Source: Tubulanus polymorphus
Taxonomy: Eukaryota; Animalia; Nemertea
NCBI RefSeq assembly: GCF_964204645.1
Contig: NC_134025.1
Span: 26,392,299-26,456,298 of the forward strand
Direction of reading: 5' to 3'
DNA: 64,000 bases
In this document: positions 1 through 11,785 of the stretch, one piece after another
Position numbering within the stretch: the stretch's first letter is position 1
How the letters are laid out: each line of letters opens with the position of its first letter
Translations under genes and position numbers: made by a program
The notes under the pieces: model-generated
Seen by the model: the letters and a program-made list of their open reading frames with translations, nothing else
The model's database searches: none
What the model was told of the DNA's origin: nothing

Positions 1-954
1 CTGCGGTCTTTCAAATCCAGGCACAATGAACCACAAACATTTAATTCGAACAATTAACAAGGCCGATCTCGATGGCAAATGCTGGTCAGTTTACTTGCCC
101 AGGGCATTTCCGACGCATGAAAGGAATTTAAGTTGACCACAAAAGAAAAGAAGTTGTGTCATTAATTCAGCTTATTCACGAAGCACATAATCCATGTCTA
201 ATTCAAATCCCATAGATCACCGTGTGCCTGGACGTCTGACAATGGTCATGACCCGACAGTCATGACAGGATATCGCACGATGCATCGCCAATGACGAGGA
301 TATTGCATAAGCATTTCGACGATAGTCAAATATGATCCGATGCACCAGATGGTCAAGTTCACCTTCGCATCCGAACCAGCTGGAGCTATGATTGCCTCAT
401 TATTACTTAACGTATATGCATAATATATAATACATATATTCCAAGCTGTTCGAAAAATGACCCCAGTGTGAACTCAATCTAATATACACGATAGTTACGC
501 TATGCAGCGCGTAATCGCGATGACCGGACAATATCCTTGTTGAAAAAGCTTATCAGTATTATTTATGATGTTTCCAATAGCTAGCTATTCAAAACATTTT
601 ATACCAGATAAACGAAGGCAATTCAAAATGACCGTCCTACTTACAAACGCATTATGTAGTACATATAAGTTTTTATTCATTTACATTTTGCATGGTACAG
701 CTTCACACAAGCAAGCATTGATAACAATCCGTTTTAACGGATACCATTGAAAATCGACATAACATGCAACAAAACTTAACGCACCCATAAAAAACACTAG
801 ACTTTGCGCCTACGATACGAGTTACGATACATCGATAGTAGAACCATGGACACTAAAACGAATTATTGGGAATTTCTAATAACCGTGACCTCGCGGATTT
901 TTACCTATACATTCAATATTTAAGATGTCCGACCTGCTATATGTATGTAGAGGC

Positions 955-1000
955 CACGAGCAATTATCTCAACTGAGATGATTGAGATAATTGCTCGTAG
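955..1000. mobile_element. 46-bp minimal inverted-repeat insertion with 8-bp target site duplication
   Basis: ACGAGCAATTATCTCAA (956-972) and TTGAGATAATTGCTCGT (982-998) form a perfect 17-bp inverted repeat, flanked by direct repeat GTAGAGGC at 947-954 and 1001-1008. Confidence 0.75.
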
Positions 1001-2006
1001 GTAGAGGCTAGACAGAGCGAACTCTAGCGTTGAGCACAATTACTCGCAAGCTACCCGAAACGCCACTACAATTCATTGTCAATTAAAAGACATGAAAATT
1101 CATTCATTTCAATAAGCCATAAAATTTAGGTAATCAACAAAATAAAACGCCAATTTACACAATTACGTAATTGTAATTTTGAAACGGCAATATTGACGAA
1201 GTGCACATCCACTCCTGCTTCTTATCTTTGTTTCAGAAACTCCTTGAGGGGAATCTTTTTAATTGATACTTGGGAAATATCTGATTTCTAGTTGGTCTTG
1301 GAGATGGACTGATGTAAGTTTAAGACCTTGGATAATTGTTGCTATTTTGATGCAATTTTTATTAATTTCGAGCGGCTACGTTTTATTTGGAATCATTTGC
1401 ACGTCCTGAATCTGGAATCAGGCGATTTGTTTTGGATATCTGAGCAAGTTTTTTTTGAAACAGAAAGAAGCCAACAAAGTCCTGACAATTTCTCTGACTT
1501 GGATTTGTTTAATATTTTTGTTTAATAATTGAGGACCTGCTGGATCACACTTGAAGTCAGAACTGCCATTTTGTACCCTGCAGTGCGTTTCTTATAGAGG
1601 TTCTGAAGGATTGAACATAAAATTAGGCGTTATACATGTACTTTTTAAACCGATCGAATATATTGTTAAACCGTAAAACTGGGTCCTGGCTGACAATTCG
1701 AGATTTATTGATCGACGAATGGTTTCGGCAATAATTTGAAAAAATAACTCCGGCCTTTTCGACTGATGACCATCGCTAGATTCGACGATCAGACGCTGAA
1801 TCATCGCGGCCAAGTTGCGGTTTCTTTAAGTTCCACAAAGATTAATGGAATTTGACTTTTCCAAGTATTTACCGTTACGCGGGACTTTTTTGCCCTTGTG
1901 CGTTGTTTATGATTATAGATAATGCTTGTAGTGTGAGAAGTACATGTAGTTAAGTATTGAACTATACCTTTCTACGCTTGAAATTTTGTCATATAACAGT
2001 AATGAG

Positions 2007-2320
2007 CAGGGCGGATCCAGGGGCTAATTCTGAAGAACTGTTCACATCTCAAAAAGGGCACGTCGTCCAAAAAGGCAATATTAGGCAACTTTCGCACCGA
2101 GGGGCTTATCAAAAACGTACACCCCCAACTGTATTATATGGTGACAATTTCTGTAACTAATTTGTCACGTCCAAAAAGGCAATAATATCCAGCGTACATC
2201 CTCTCTGAAATATACCGATATTTTGTTTGTTGACAAAATGAAAAAGGCCCTCAATAAATTTAAACTTGTGCAAGTCTAACAAGACCCCCTACATCCAGCC
2301 CTCAAGCCTGGATTAATATG
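2007..2320. mobile_element. Degenerate non-autonomous DNA transposon (CAGGGGCGGATCCAG-type terminus)
   Basis: Left end CAGGGCGGATCCAGGGG; eroded right end CCTGGATT; internal repeat CACGTCCAAAAAGGCAATA twice. This terminus type is common in invertebrate MITEs. Confidence 0.45.
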
Positions 2321-3634
2321 TATCCTAGGATCCTCGATCCTGTCCAAGGATGCACATTGGATTGCGAGATAGGATATCAATACGAGGGAATCCTTTTCTT
2401 CGGGTAGTATTAAGCTTCGTTGAAAATCGGTAGGAATCTTTTTCACATGCAACCTGGTAACTAGTATAAGGTGACATAACTAGATGGCGAAACATCCCTT
2501 TCATACAAATGAAGAAAAAATACACGTTTCATATGAGCTGAAAAAAATATACAACTGATAGACTACACGGTATTACGATCGTCTCGTAAATTCAGACATA
2601 CCTAAAAAAATATGTTCTCCGAGACACTACGTATTTTTGCCTGTTTTTGTAAGCGCACATGCTTTATGTATAATTCCATTGATTTACATAATTTGAAAAA
2701 AAACTATTTGGAGTGGCAATTGTAACAGAGAAAACTACAAACATATACTGATATCCTTTTACCTTGAGAGATATCGGTATTTTTGCGTAGGTGACATATT
2801 TTTGATTGGAGAAATGTCAAGACTCTAAATATCATTTTTGAAGTTGTCCGGGTAGATGTCCTACTTTTAACACCATGACATTGAAATCTATAAATCGATC
2901 ATAGTTTTAAAGTGGGCCTATTACTGGACAAGTATAGCACTAGTAAAAATATGTCTCGGACCCATTTGTTTTGGCTGAAAATGAAATAACTGATTATTTG
3001 ACACAAATTCCGTTTAAAAGGCGTCTCCTTACAATCATATTTACCCACGCTCACTTCAGCTGAAGATCAATACCCGATTATTGGACACAAATCTATTTAC
3101 AAAACTTTACAAAGACATCTGAATTGACGTATAAAAAACTGAAGGATATTGAGGCAAACATGGTCATAGCGATTTTCGTGGGCACAAGAGGTCAAGTTAT
3201 GTGATAAGACAGAACACGTAGTCAGCCCCTAGATATACCATTCAATCTCAATGTAAAGTGGTCGGGAGTATGATTAAAATGCATTATAAGATAATTTTCA
3301 TTTCATATTGTGTCATAGATAGCACGGGCAATGAAAGAGTCTGCAGTACTGGTTGAGTTAGACTGTGGTAATATGAGGGAACAATCATCAAAATTAATAT
3401 TGCCAGTATCATATTCATAACAATTATCAAATCTCTGGAATGAAAACTAATATGAATGCGAGAGCCAGCCGAGGTAACGTCTCGAGTGGGCTAAAAAACA
3501 TAATACATGTATGCGCAAGTTTATACAATGATACAAGCTCATATATACATGTACCTATTGTTAAATAGAACAATGGTCAAACAGATTCATGAGAACTCGG
3601 CCATATATCATATAACATCAAGTGTTAAATCCAA

Positions 3635-4008
3635 TTACTTAATTTTCATCAGAACAGAAGCTCGAACTTCAGTGTTTTGAAACAATGCACGAACTAACTG
3701 TCTTACTTCGGATGGACTACATTCATTAGCTAACGGACCTTTGCCATCAGCCCAGCGATCTGTTACTTCTACAAGCCCTGAATCTAAAAGAGCAATAATT
3801 TCCTTAAATTTCATCCATTTAGGTGCATATTTTTGTAAAGATGCCATGGCCTCTGCTTGGTCTTTTTCCGTTGTTTGAAAGAATGAAGGGGCTTTTCCTG
3901 AGATGTTGTTCAAGAGGCTGAACAGTTGTGAGGCATCATCGGCAGAAATATCTTCGAGGCTTGTCAAACTTGAAATAATGTGAACGATCACGGAGTTCAA
4001 TAATATTG
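3635..4008 (-). CDS. ZW10: ZW10 terminal coding exon 7
   Basis: Acceptor TTTTTCAG|CA; encodes AILLNSVI...DRWADGKGPLANE...RASVLMKIK then TAA. Confidence 0.94.
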
Positions 4009-7000
4009 CTGAAAAATATTTCAAATTGTAGAATTTATAACCATTAAATCCTGATAAATAAATTTCGAGAATTTGAGTACTATGAGTTTTTATTTTGGTT
4101 AGAAAGTAATAAACTACTCTATTGGTCTCAACAATTCATTCTATTCGAGATTTTAGGTTATGTATTTCAACAGTAGATGGAAACACTGTCTGTGACATAC
4201 CCATTGATTTTCTGTACATCTTCTCAGGAAGAACGGGTTGCCAGACTTTCTGCAAATGGCTGAGTTGAAACAAAACCTGTTTGATAGCACGTTCACAGTC
4301 TTCATAATTCATATCCGAGGCATTTACAAAACCTGTCAATAGAAAGTAATTCATCTACATCAGAACTATCTGGTTTCTCCAATTGTAGTAGTTTTCACCA
4401 AAAATGAGAGTAACTTGACATCAAAAATAGTAACTCAATTGAAAATGAATAATAAGTTATTCTGATTTTGAGAGTACTTTAATATTTTAAAGAGTAGTCT
4501 TAAAGAGTAGATACTTCTATGAAATTGGGTCTGCTACAACCAACATTCTTTTTGGCAATATCTTAGGATTTGGGAAAAGGTACTATAAGTCAAATCCACA
4601 AACCTTGAGCAGCTTGGAGATATTCAAACATCTGATTCCGTTGTCGCGTCATCTGGGCCTGGAAATAATCAACCCCGAGCTGGCGAATCTTCGGAACAAA
4701 ATCAACAAATGTTGGATTGCAATCTTGCAATAACTTTGGTAATTTAGTAGCGAACTGATGTCCGAGAACGGTCAAATGATGAGCGATGTACATACAGTTG
4801 TTATGATGAAGTGCTGGAAAGACAAAATCATTCCTATAAAACACTATGAAAATTTTGATATCATGAAATACAATTATCAATTTAGTAGGTGCTCAAGTCA
4901 CATCTGATCAACTGGCCCCAGTTTTATAGACTGGTATTAACTTTTACGTAGGGGCTTAGCCAAGTGAAAATAAATTGAGTTAGCCCATGGGTTAAATTTG
5001 ATACCAGTCAGTCAGTTTGGAATCTCATGTAGTAATCCTTGCCTTAATTGGACATGGCTAACTCAGCCTTTTGACTAACTCGGACAAAAACAAAATAATT
5101 TTTCTGACTTCCTTATGTATTATTGTATATTGATATGTAAGACCATACCAACTACCATATCCAGCTTCTGCTATGTTGCTGTTTTTTCTATAGAGATACC
5201 TGCGCTTTCGAATCAAAACTTACCCGACTGTTGCGGCAATGTTTCGAGACTCTGTTTATGAAAAGCAGGAACAACACAGCAGTACATATCGAACATATTT
5301 CGAACAGAATAAAATAGCTGAATAGCACAGTTTTCAGTGCACCCTGCGCAAGCTTCATGGAGGGTAGAGTAAGCCAATTGCATCAGTTCCTGAACCCAAT
5401 CACTGAAATAGAAAATACATGTACTTTGTAAATCACGATTCCTGTTATTTTCATTAGTCTCATTTCAGTGATTGTTTACCTAATATAAAACTCTGGTAAT
5501 TTAAATAAACATGTACTAAGTGTGGAATTTGAAGTGCAATTTTCATCCACATTTTTCGCTTTCTTTGCCTTGCTTGAATTCAATTCTACAGAACTACCAA
5601 CGATATTACAGTCCGTTTCAGAAACTTTTATCATATTATGAATCTCCGATGACATTAATGAACGCGCTTTTTCTAACAGTTCCTGGCATTTTTTGTTAGC
5701 GAATAATACGTTTACATTGTTCACATAATCCGTTAATGTCGAGCATTCTTCACTGATAATTCCCATTTTTCGTAAACCATCTTCGAATTCAACAGTCAAT
5801 TTCACAACAGCTTCATACCCTGGTAAATCTTCACTGCTGCTGGGAATCGATGAACTTAAACAGTCTGCGATCAACGAATCGAGAAGTTGTCGACTCAGCA
5901 AATCTCCGAAAACTTTAATGGCTGAATGACGTTCATTTGCACCAGATGGTATACAAGAGAATATATTCTTGTTGATAAATTTCAAAATTTCTCCAATTTT
6001 AGCAAATGCGTCTGCAGGTTTAGAGGCATCCTTATCTTTCGACGTAGAATGCTCCGTGGCAAGGACTGCTAAATCGGATTTCTCTGACGCTGTTACATTA
6101 CTCTGATTACAATTCAAAACTGGTTGAATCATGTGCATCATGACGCGATCTGCGAATACTTTCATTTTTGCCGTCAAGATGTTCACGATAGACATTCCTT
6201 GCAATACACTTCCGATCATTTTTCTCGAATCGGCGCTATTACGAACATTCAATGTTGTAATGCGTTCACCTTCGATTACTTGAGGTATAATCCACGAAAC
6301 ACATTCATTCCAAGCTTCTCCAAGATCGTACGGCAGTTTTTCTTTCTGCACGATATACTCTGTCTTTAAAGCCTTCAATATAGTGATTTCGTTTTGTCCT
6401 GTCTGCTCTGAACCGATGAGAACTTTGTTAGTTTTTTCTAAATACTCGGCAGCTACGACAAATTCTTTGCTTTTCAGAGCTCTATTCGTCATCTGTAGAG
6501 CATCGTGTACCTGAACTAGTTTATCGAGAACTTCTAAAATGCCATTGGATTCTTGGAGGCGACTCGACAAATTTTGAAACTCACTTGTTGACATGTTCAA
6601 CTGCATTTGAATCTGGAATTAAAAATTCAATGATGCACTGCATAGAAAATAAATCTCAAGGTACACAAAAGAGCCTAAAAGAAAGAAGTAAATACAATAG
6701 TTACCTCTTTTTCAATCCTATCGGTAAGTGTTTGCATATCTTCAGAAATAGATTTCACTTGATTGGAAAGTTCCAAAGTTGCTGTTAGATTCGGAATGAA
6801 GTCATCGTATTGACTGCGTAAAGACTCGTACACTTCATATTTCACATCTGCTATTTGATTAGCGAGTTTTTCAACTTTTTCATTGATATCTTCTTTTTCA
6901 GCTTTACCTTCAGATGAAATAGGAATGAAATGATTATAGAACATTGCGAATAAATAGCGTATAGAATATGGATTAATAAGTGTCTTGTCTTATCAAGGAA

Positions 7001-7135
7001 CAGCAAATGAATTACTGGGATACAACTGAATAGGCCTATAACCATATCTATTCAGGACCAATTTAGTAGTTAGTAATTACCTGCAGATGCAAGCACTTCT
7101 TGAATGAAGAACGAAGGAGCTCCTCCTTCTGACAT
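3635..7135 (-). CDS. ZW10: Centromere/kinetochore protein ZW10 homolog, complete spliced CDS: join(7081..7135,6705..6907,5480..6612,5224..5402,4604..4813,4201..4332,3635..4008); 2286 nt, 761 aa
   Basis: The spliced translation starts MSEGGAPSFFIQEVLASAGKAEKEDI (cf. human [20 protein letters not shown]). It contains the hallmark ZW10 motifs FANKKCQELLEKAR, QLFYSVRNMF, HNNCMYIAHHL, RAIKQVLFQLSHL and DRWADGKGPLA...EVRQLVRALFQNT. All six introns are GT-AG with matching phases (1,0,2,1,1,1). Family recognised from memory. Confidence 0.96.
4201..4332 (-). CDS. ZW10: ZW10 coding exon 6
   Basis: Acceptor TTGACAG|GT; encodes GFVNASDM...RAIKQVLFQLSHLQKVWQPVLPEKMYRKSM; donor G|GTATG. Confidence 0.93.
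4604..4813 (-). CDS. ZW10: ZW10 coding exon 5
   Basis: Acceptor TTTCCAG|CA; encodes ALHHNNCMYIAHHL...YLQAAQ; donor G|GTTTG; phase 1 to 1. Confidence 0.93.
5224..5402 (-). CDS. ZW10: ZW10 coding exon 4 (absent from the ORF track)
   Basis: Acceptor TATTTCAG|T; encodes SDWVQELMQLAYSTLHEACAGCTENCAIQLFYSVRNMFDMYCCVVPAFHKQSLETLPQQS; donor G|GTAAG; phase 2 to 1. Confidence 0.93.
5480..6612 (-). CDS. ZW10: ZW10 coding exon 3 (1133 nt)
   Basis: Acceptor TTCCAG|ATT; corresponds to the 376-aa ORF in the track, including FANKKCQ; donor AG|GTAAAC; phase 0 to 2. Confidence 0.95.
6705..6907 (-). CDS. ZW10: ZW10 coding exon 2
   Basis: Acceptor TCTGAAG|GT; encodes GKAEKEDINEKVEK...TDRIEKE; donor GAG|GTAAC; phase 1 to 0. 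Confidence 0.9.
7081..7135 (-). CDS. ZW10: ZW10 coding exon 1 (start codon 7135-7133)
   Basis: Encodes MSEGGAPSFFIQEVLASA-G. Donor G|GTAATT at 7081/7080; upstream acceptor TTTTCAGCAG (NAGNAG) ending at 7145 or 7142. Confidence 0.9.
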
Positions 7136-7451
7136 CTTGAACTGCTGAAAATGTAATGATAGTCAAATATTTTCCATTTTTTCAAGTACAGTAATGAAAG
7201 GCAGGCGTGTTGGAAGCAATTTTTCAATGATTCGTGTGATTAAACGAAAGATTTTCCAGGCAGGGACTGGGGTGGGCTGGCTGTAAGTGTAGTGTAACTA
7301 ACAGTAACACTAAGTCGAACAGGACTTGTCACTTTTTTGACAATAATAACATTACGGCTGCAGCATCATTGACCCGCACTACAAATCGTCAATACACTAG
7401 GATTGGGATTGGAATAATGATGATAGCTGGTCGTTTGAATACTGAATTTAC

Positions 7452-7555
7452 GTGAGATGGATGGATCTGATATTGTTGTCAACAAATTGAATTGATTTGA
7501 AACTGTGCACACAACTCAACAGTTTCGACCAGGGTGGTGTAGCGGCCATTATGAA
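7452..7555 (-). other. Probable first (leader) exon of the ZW10 transcript; carries an upstream ATG at 7549
   Basis: The ZW10 ATG is only 6-9 nt after a clear acceptor, so an upstream exon is implied. Donor CAC|GTAAAT at 7452/7451; YY1-like AATGGCCGC at 7542-7550. The 5' end is estimated. Confidence 0.55.
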
Positions 7556-7846
7556 AGTACAGATAAATGCTGTTTGTACATTGTTGCAAATGATATAAAA
7601 CTTATAGGTCCAGTTTATTTACATTTTCACTAGAATGTCTTCAATTATCAGTGAAACTAATACAATTTCTTATTTGCTACTGCCACGTAAAATGGCCAAT
7701 GTCACACACTGAATCGACCGTATCGGTGTCGAATCCCGATTAATACTGGCGCCAAGCAAATGGTATTTTTTTTTCAAATAATTTTGTAAGCTTCTCAACT
7801 GGTGTTCCTTGATATAATCTAACGTCTTTTTAAAGAATACACATTT

Positions 7847-7925
7847 GGCTGAATCGTATCAGTTTTATACAATATTGAAGCCTAATAGGCCTAAAGCTGA
7901 TTACCTAACATAAGGTTCGAATCCT
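7847..7925 (+). pseudogene. Possible decayed tRNA-derived SINE head (Pol III B box)
   Basis: Perfect B box GGTTCGAATCC at 7914-7924 and weak A-box-like TGGCTGAATCGT at ~7847; no cloverleaf. Confidence 0.3.
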
Positions 7926-9677
7926 ACGATATTTAAAGAAACGACTGTGCGACACGTTTACAAAACATTAAACATTTTCATGGGAGTCGTGCTACTCTAA
8001 AGCGAAATCCCAACTAATGATATATAGAATTACATTTTGACATCCTGTCCGTCCTCATTGTCGTTCGTGATCTTGACATGCAAAAAATATTATGTACAGG
8101 CGGTCCTGCTAATTTAGGGGTGAAAAATTCTGAGGGTCACTCGCGCTGCCATAGGCTGGAACCAGCATCGGCACGGGCTGCTGCAATCAAAGTCATTTTG
8201 GTTGGCGACTTAAGGCTTTTTGTGGATTGAGTTGAAAACGCACGTGTTCTTTTTCCCGAAGGATAGTCAGGAAGATCTTGGTCACAGTGTCCAATACAGG
8301 TAAAAAATTGTCCAGATCTGCAATTCGCCGCGGAAATGACCGCGTCAACGATGCTACGGTAATGGCAGACATCTGTGATCAATGAATATAATTTATCTAA
8401 AAAGGATGGATGGATGCAGGCGGATTGTAGGGCCGTTTGTTGGGCGCGGTCACGAATAGTGTTTCGAACCCAACCGTTCTGACAACTAGAGCGAGACTGG
8501 TCTCGTTCTGGATACCCGGTGCGCAGAGCCGGAACGCCTCAGCCAATCAGCGTCGAGTATTCCTTGTTGCGGGCGAAGATGGAGAAGAAGGTTCCGAATA
8601 TCAAATTTTTTTCGACCAAGTCGCCATCAATCCTCTTGGGAAAAAGTCATAACTCAAATCAAAACGCATTAGATCGAATAACATAGAAATAAGGACGCGA
8701 CTGATGATAAATGTAAGTTTGGATTGCATCGGGAAACAATTTTTGAAGCGGATTCAGAATGGCGCTCCGAAAAGTTGTCGTCGAGTCGTTTTGAAACAAT
8801 GGCGATTCGCGGCTTATTGAGTGGCAAAAAGAAACAACTATCCTAGAAATATACAATATATAAATCGATTGAATAATTTGAAACGATTATTACGCGACCT
8901 TATGTTACACATTTACGGGTGTTTTGAAAATATTTCCCGTGATTTATGATCGATTTGAAATTGTAAAATACGATTTTTTTCATGGCTCGCCGTATTTCTC
9001 GGATTTGACCTCTGACCTCCTAGCGATACTTTTTCACTTAAAAAGCGCTTCCAGCTCGACACAATGGACAAAATGTTATCGCTTGAGATTTTTTTCGCGG
9101 TACTTTCTTATGTTATATATTCATCACTACTGTTGGTCACGGATGGTTCTATTTGATATAGGCCTACGCGGGCTACAGACTGTATTATCTCGCTCTTTCT
9201 ATCTAATTCATCTATTATTGCAGTTGAATTAACTTGTGTGCAAACAAAAGCTTCACAGATGACTGGAGGTTGGTGGGTGCAGACTCTTCATGAATTGACC
9301 TTAATGAATCAGAGCAGAACCACCGCCAAACAATATCAACTGTCTCTAGCGTCCTGAATCACTGCAGCTCATCCAGACTCACTTCACTGATGCAGCATTT
9401 TTAGGCCTACTCCGCGATGATGGGAACATCCTCCTCAAACATGAATGGACAACAATAATTTGAGGACATTGATGGTGAGTTATCAAGATATCCCTATATC
9501 GACGGCCTGAACCCTGAAACCCTTCAAGATGATGTGCAGCCAATACCCTGTCAGCAGCCTGGATCCTGCCCGATCTCAGAGACATTCTACATCCTGCAGT
9601 CAGTGAAGACCCTCAGATAATCTACTGCCTGCAGCCTTAAGCCCCACAGATGATCTATAGCGTGGAGCCTGAACTCC

Positions 9678-9990
9678 CAATGGTGGATCTAGGGGGTTGT
9701 CAGTGGGCCTGAACCCCTTCCTTTTCAGTAGAGTGCCCTTTTTGAAAGTATAAGAAGTTTGACCTCCCACTGATGCTCAAGATATCTATGTCCATAGTCC
9801 TTTTGTTTGTTTTGTCTGCAGCTGCTCATTTACTATTAATGCTAAGTTTAAATTCTATATGAAATGATAATTTTCATCAGTGTAATCAAAGTTGAAACAC
9901 ATCATCTGTAAAGCAGTAGTAGTTGATTTTGTGCTGTTGATAATAGATTCTTAGATCGTGCCCTCTAAAAAGTCCTGGATCTGCAGCTAA
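9678..9990. mobile_element. Degenerate MITE (GGCGGATCTAG...CTGGATCCGC-type termini)
   Basis: Left TGGTGGATCTAGGGGG and right CCTGGATCTGCAGCT are imperfect inverted termini; internal GTGCCCT motifs. Confidence 0.5.
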
Positions 9991-11356
9991 GAATTTTTTC
10001 ATGACCAAAAAAGGAAGAAAGGAAGAAAATTTTAAAAATCAGTTGTCTTGTCCTACTATATTTGGGCACCCAAAATATTCTTTGGATATGAAGTTTTATG
10101 AAAAATCCCTATTGAACATCATATTTTACCTACATGTGATATCCAGATTAGATCTGATTCTGCACTCAGCTCATCTAGATTAAGTGAGGTCTTATGTACC
10201 TGCATTAAATTCATGTACATATAATTATTTTCCAAAATGCATGTAAACTGTAATAGAAAATTTAACTACTTTGTATGAGATTGTTTTCATTTTCAGATGA
10301 ATTCTGGATGGGAAACATGCAATATAGAAAGCTTGAAATCAAGTACTCTGTTACAGCTGATCTTGGATTATGAACTGTCAAATCCTAATCTAGACGTAAG
10401 CGTAAGGACAGAATCGGATTGGATGTGGTCAGTGGCATAAGAAGAAAAAAGAATTGCTGATACTATGTGAGTTTGAAATGGAAATAATTGAAATGATGTT
10501 GTTTAGAAAATCAGAAAAACTTTCATGAAAAGGTAAGGTTTATCAGATGGTGAGTAGTAAGTTTATTTTTGGATGTTAATAGGGTTTGATATGTCACCAG
10601 TATTCATACAGTTAATAGTAAGTTTAGTTATCAAGATAAGATATGATTTCAGCCGTATGTTATAATGTTTGATTGCATTCACTCTTCAATCGACCCTCCA
10701 TTACCTGACTGAAAATAAAAATGAAACAATAATAGTTCGTGAGTTTAGTGTGACTTGCATAAAAATAAAGAGTTTCAAAACTTCTGACAAAAATTTAAGT
10801 GACATCTACTGAAAAATAGATATGCAGTTAGGGTTGAACTGTAGATTCACTAATTATTAGCGCAAACTAATTAATATCTTTATGTTCGGCCCACCTGTAA
10901 CATTTCCCTTATTGCGATAATGTTAAAGATTTTATACCGATCAGCAATCAGTATTCTTTGAGCTTGTTATGACTCCCCTCTAACTCTACCAGGTGCTGTT
11001 ATCCATACAAATTTGTCATCTGGGCTGTTATGATATATAGATTTTGACTGAATTTGATAATTATTTCAACTAAACTAGATAATGATAACCGGATATGCTC
11101 AGTTAGGCATTCGCCAAGAGAATTCAATGATTAATCACTGAAGAATTGAATTTATAAATATGAAATTATTTTAACACAGGATGAAATTTGATGATTTATT
11201 TTGCTGGAAGCAAGGAATGAAACTATATCATGCTATTTTGATTTATTTTATCGTGTAGTGTTTTTGAACCCCAAAACACCAAATCTTAGAACATATCTCA
11301 TGATCATCTCCCAGAACTCATCTGAATATTGGATTACTATTCTTTATGCAAAATCA

Positions 11357-11780
11357 TGCTTTTTGAGGTAGTTCTCGCGCCATTTTGAGGTATTTCTCGC
11401 ACCATGTTGAGGTTTTTTAGATATTTCTTGCTGAATTTTGAGGTATTTCTTGCAGTATTTTGAGGTATTTCTTGCAGAATTTTGAGGTATTTCTTGCACT
11501 ATTTTGAGTATTTTTCCTGCACTATTTTGAAGTATTTGACTATTTATTTTCTTACTATTTTGAGGTATTTCTTATGTTATTTTGAAGGATATCTCATTCT
11601 ATTGCGAAGTATTTCTCATTCTATTGCGAAGTTTCTCTCAATCTGTTTTGAGGTTCTCCTCATACATTTCTTGCGCTAAATGAGATATTTCTCATGTAAT
11701 TTCATAGTATTTTGTGTGCTAATCATGAAGGATTGTTCGCTGTAATCTGAGATATATATTTCTTGCACTATTTCTTGATT
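11357..11780. repeat. Degenerate tandem array, ~21-22 bp unit (TATTTTGAGGTATTTCTTGCA-like); resumes at ~12370-12510
   Basis: TTTTGAGGTATTTCT(T/C) recurs at ~21-bp spacing, e.g. at 11380, 11403, 11436, 11457, 11480, 11557, 12447 and 12469. Confidence 0.85.
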
Positions 11781-11785
11781 CCAGC

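Noticed and set aside
1418-1577. Minus-strand exon that could join the 7452 leader exon in phase 2 (VQNGSSDFKCDPAGPQLL...)
   Set aside because: The frame is compatible, but the pyrimidine tract is poor, it stops after ~52 codons and I recognise no homology; it looks like decayed sequence.
4516-4929. Inverted motifs CTATGAAATTGGGTC / GCCCCAGTTTTATAG flanking ZW10 exon 5
   Set aside because: Best explained as outward-facing ends of two independent common MITE remnants; too short and mismatched to imply exon looping.
6124-6369. Plus-strand ORF within ZW10 exon 3 (also 6585-6788 and minus-strand 25504-25725)
   Set aside because: These are antisense shadows of real coding exons.
7847-7935. Functional tRNA gene
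   Set aside because: Only a B box is clear; no acceptor, D or anticodon stems can be formed.
11357-11780. Regularly spaced short repeats as a possible CRISPR array
   Set aside because: The units are degenerate and contiguous with no unique spacers, there are no cas genes, and the context is eukaryotic.
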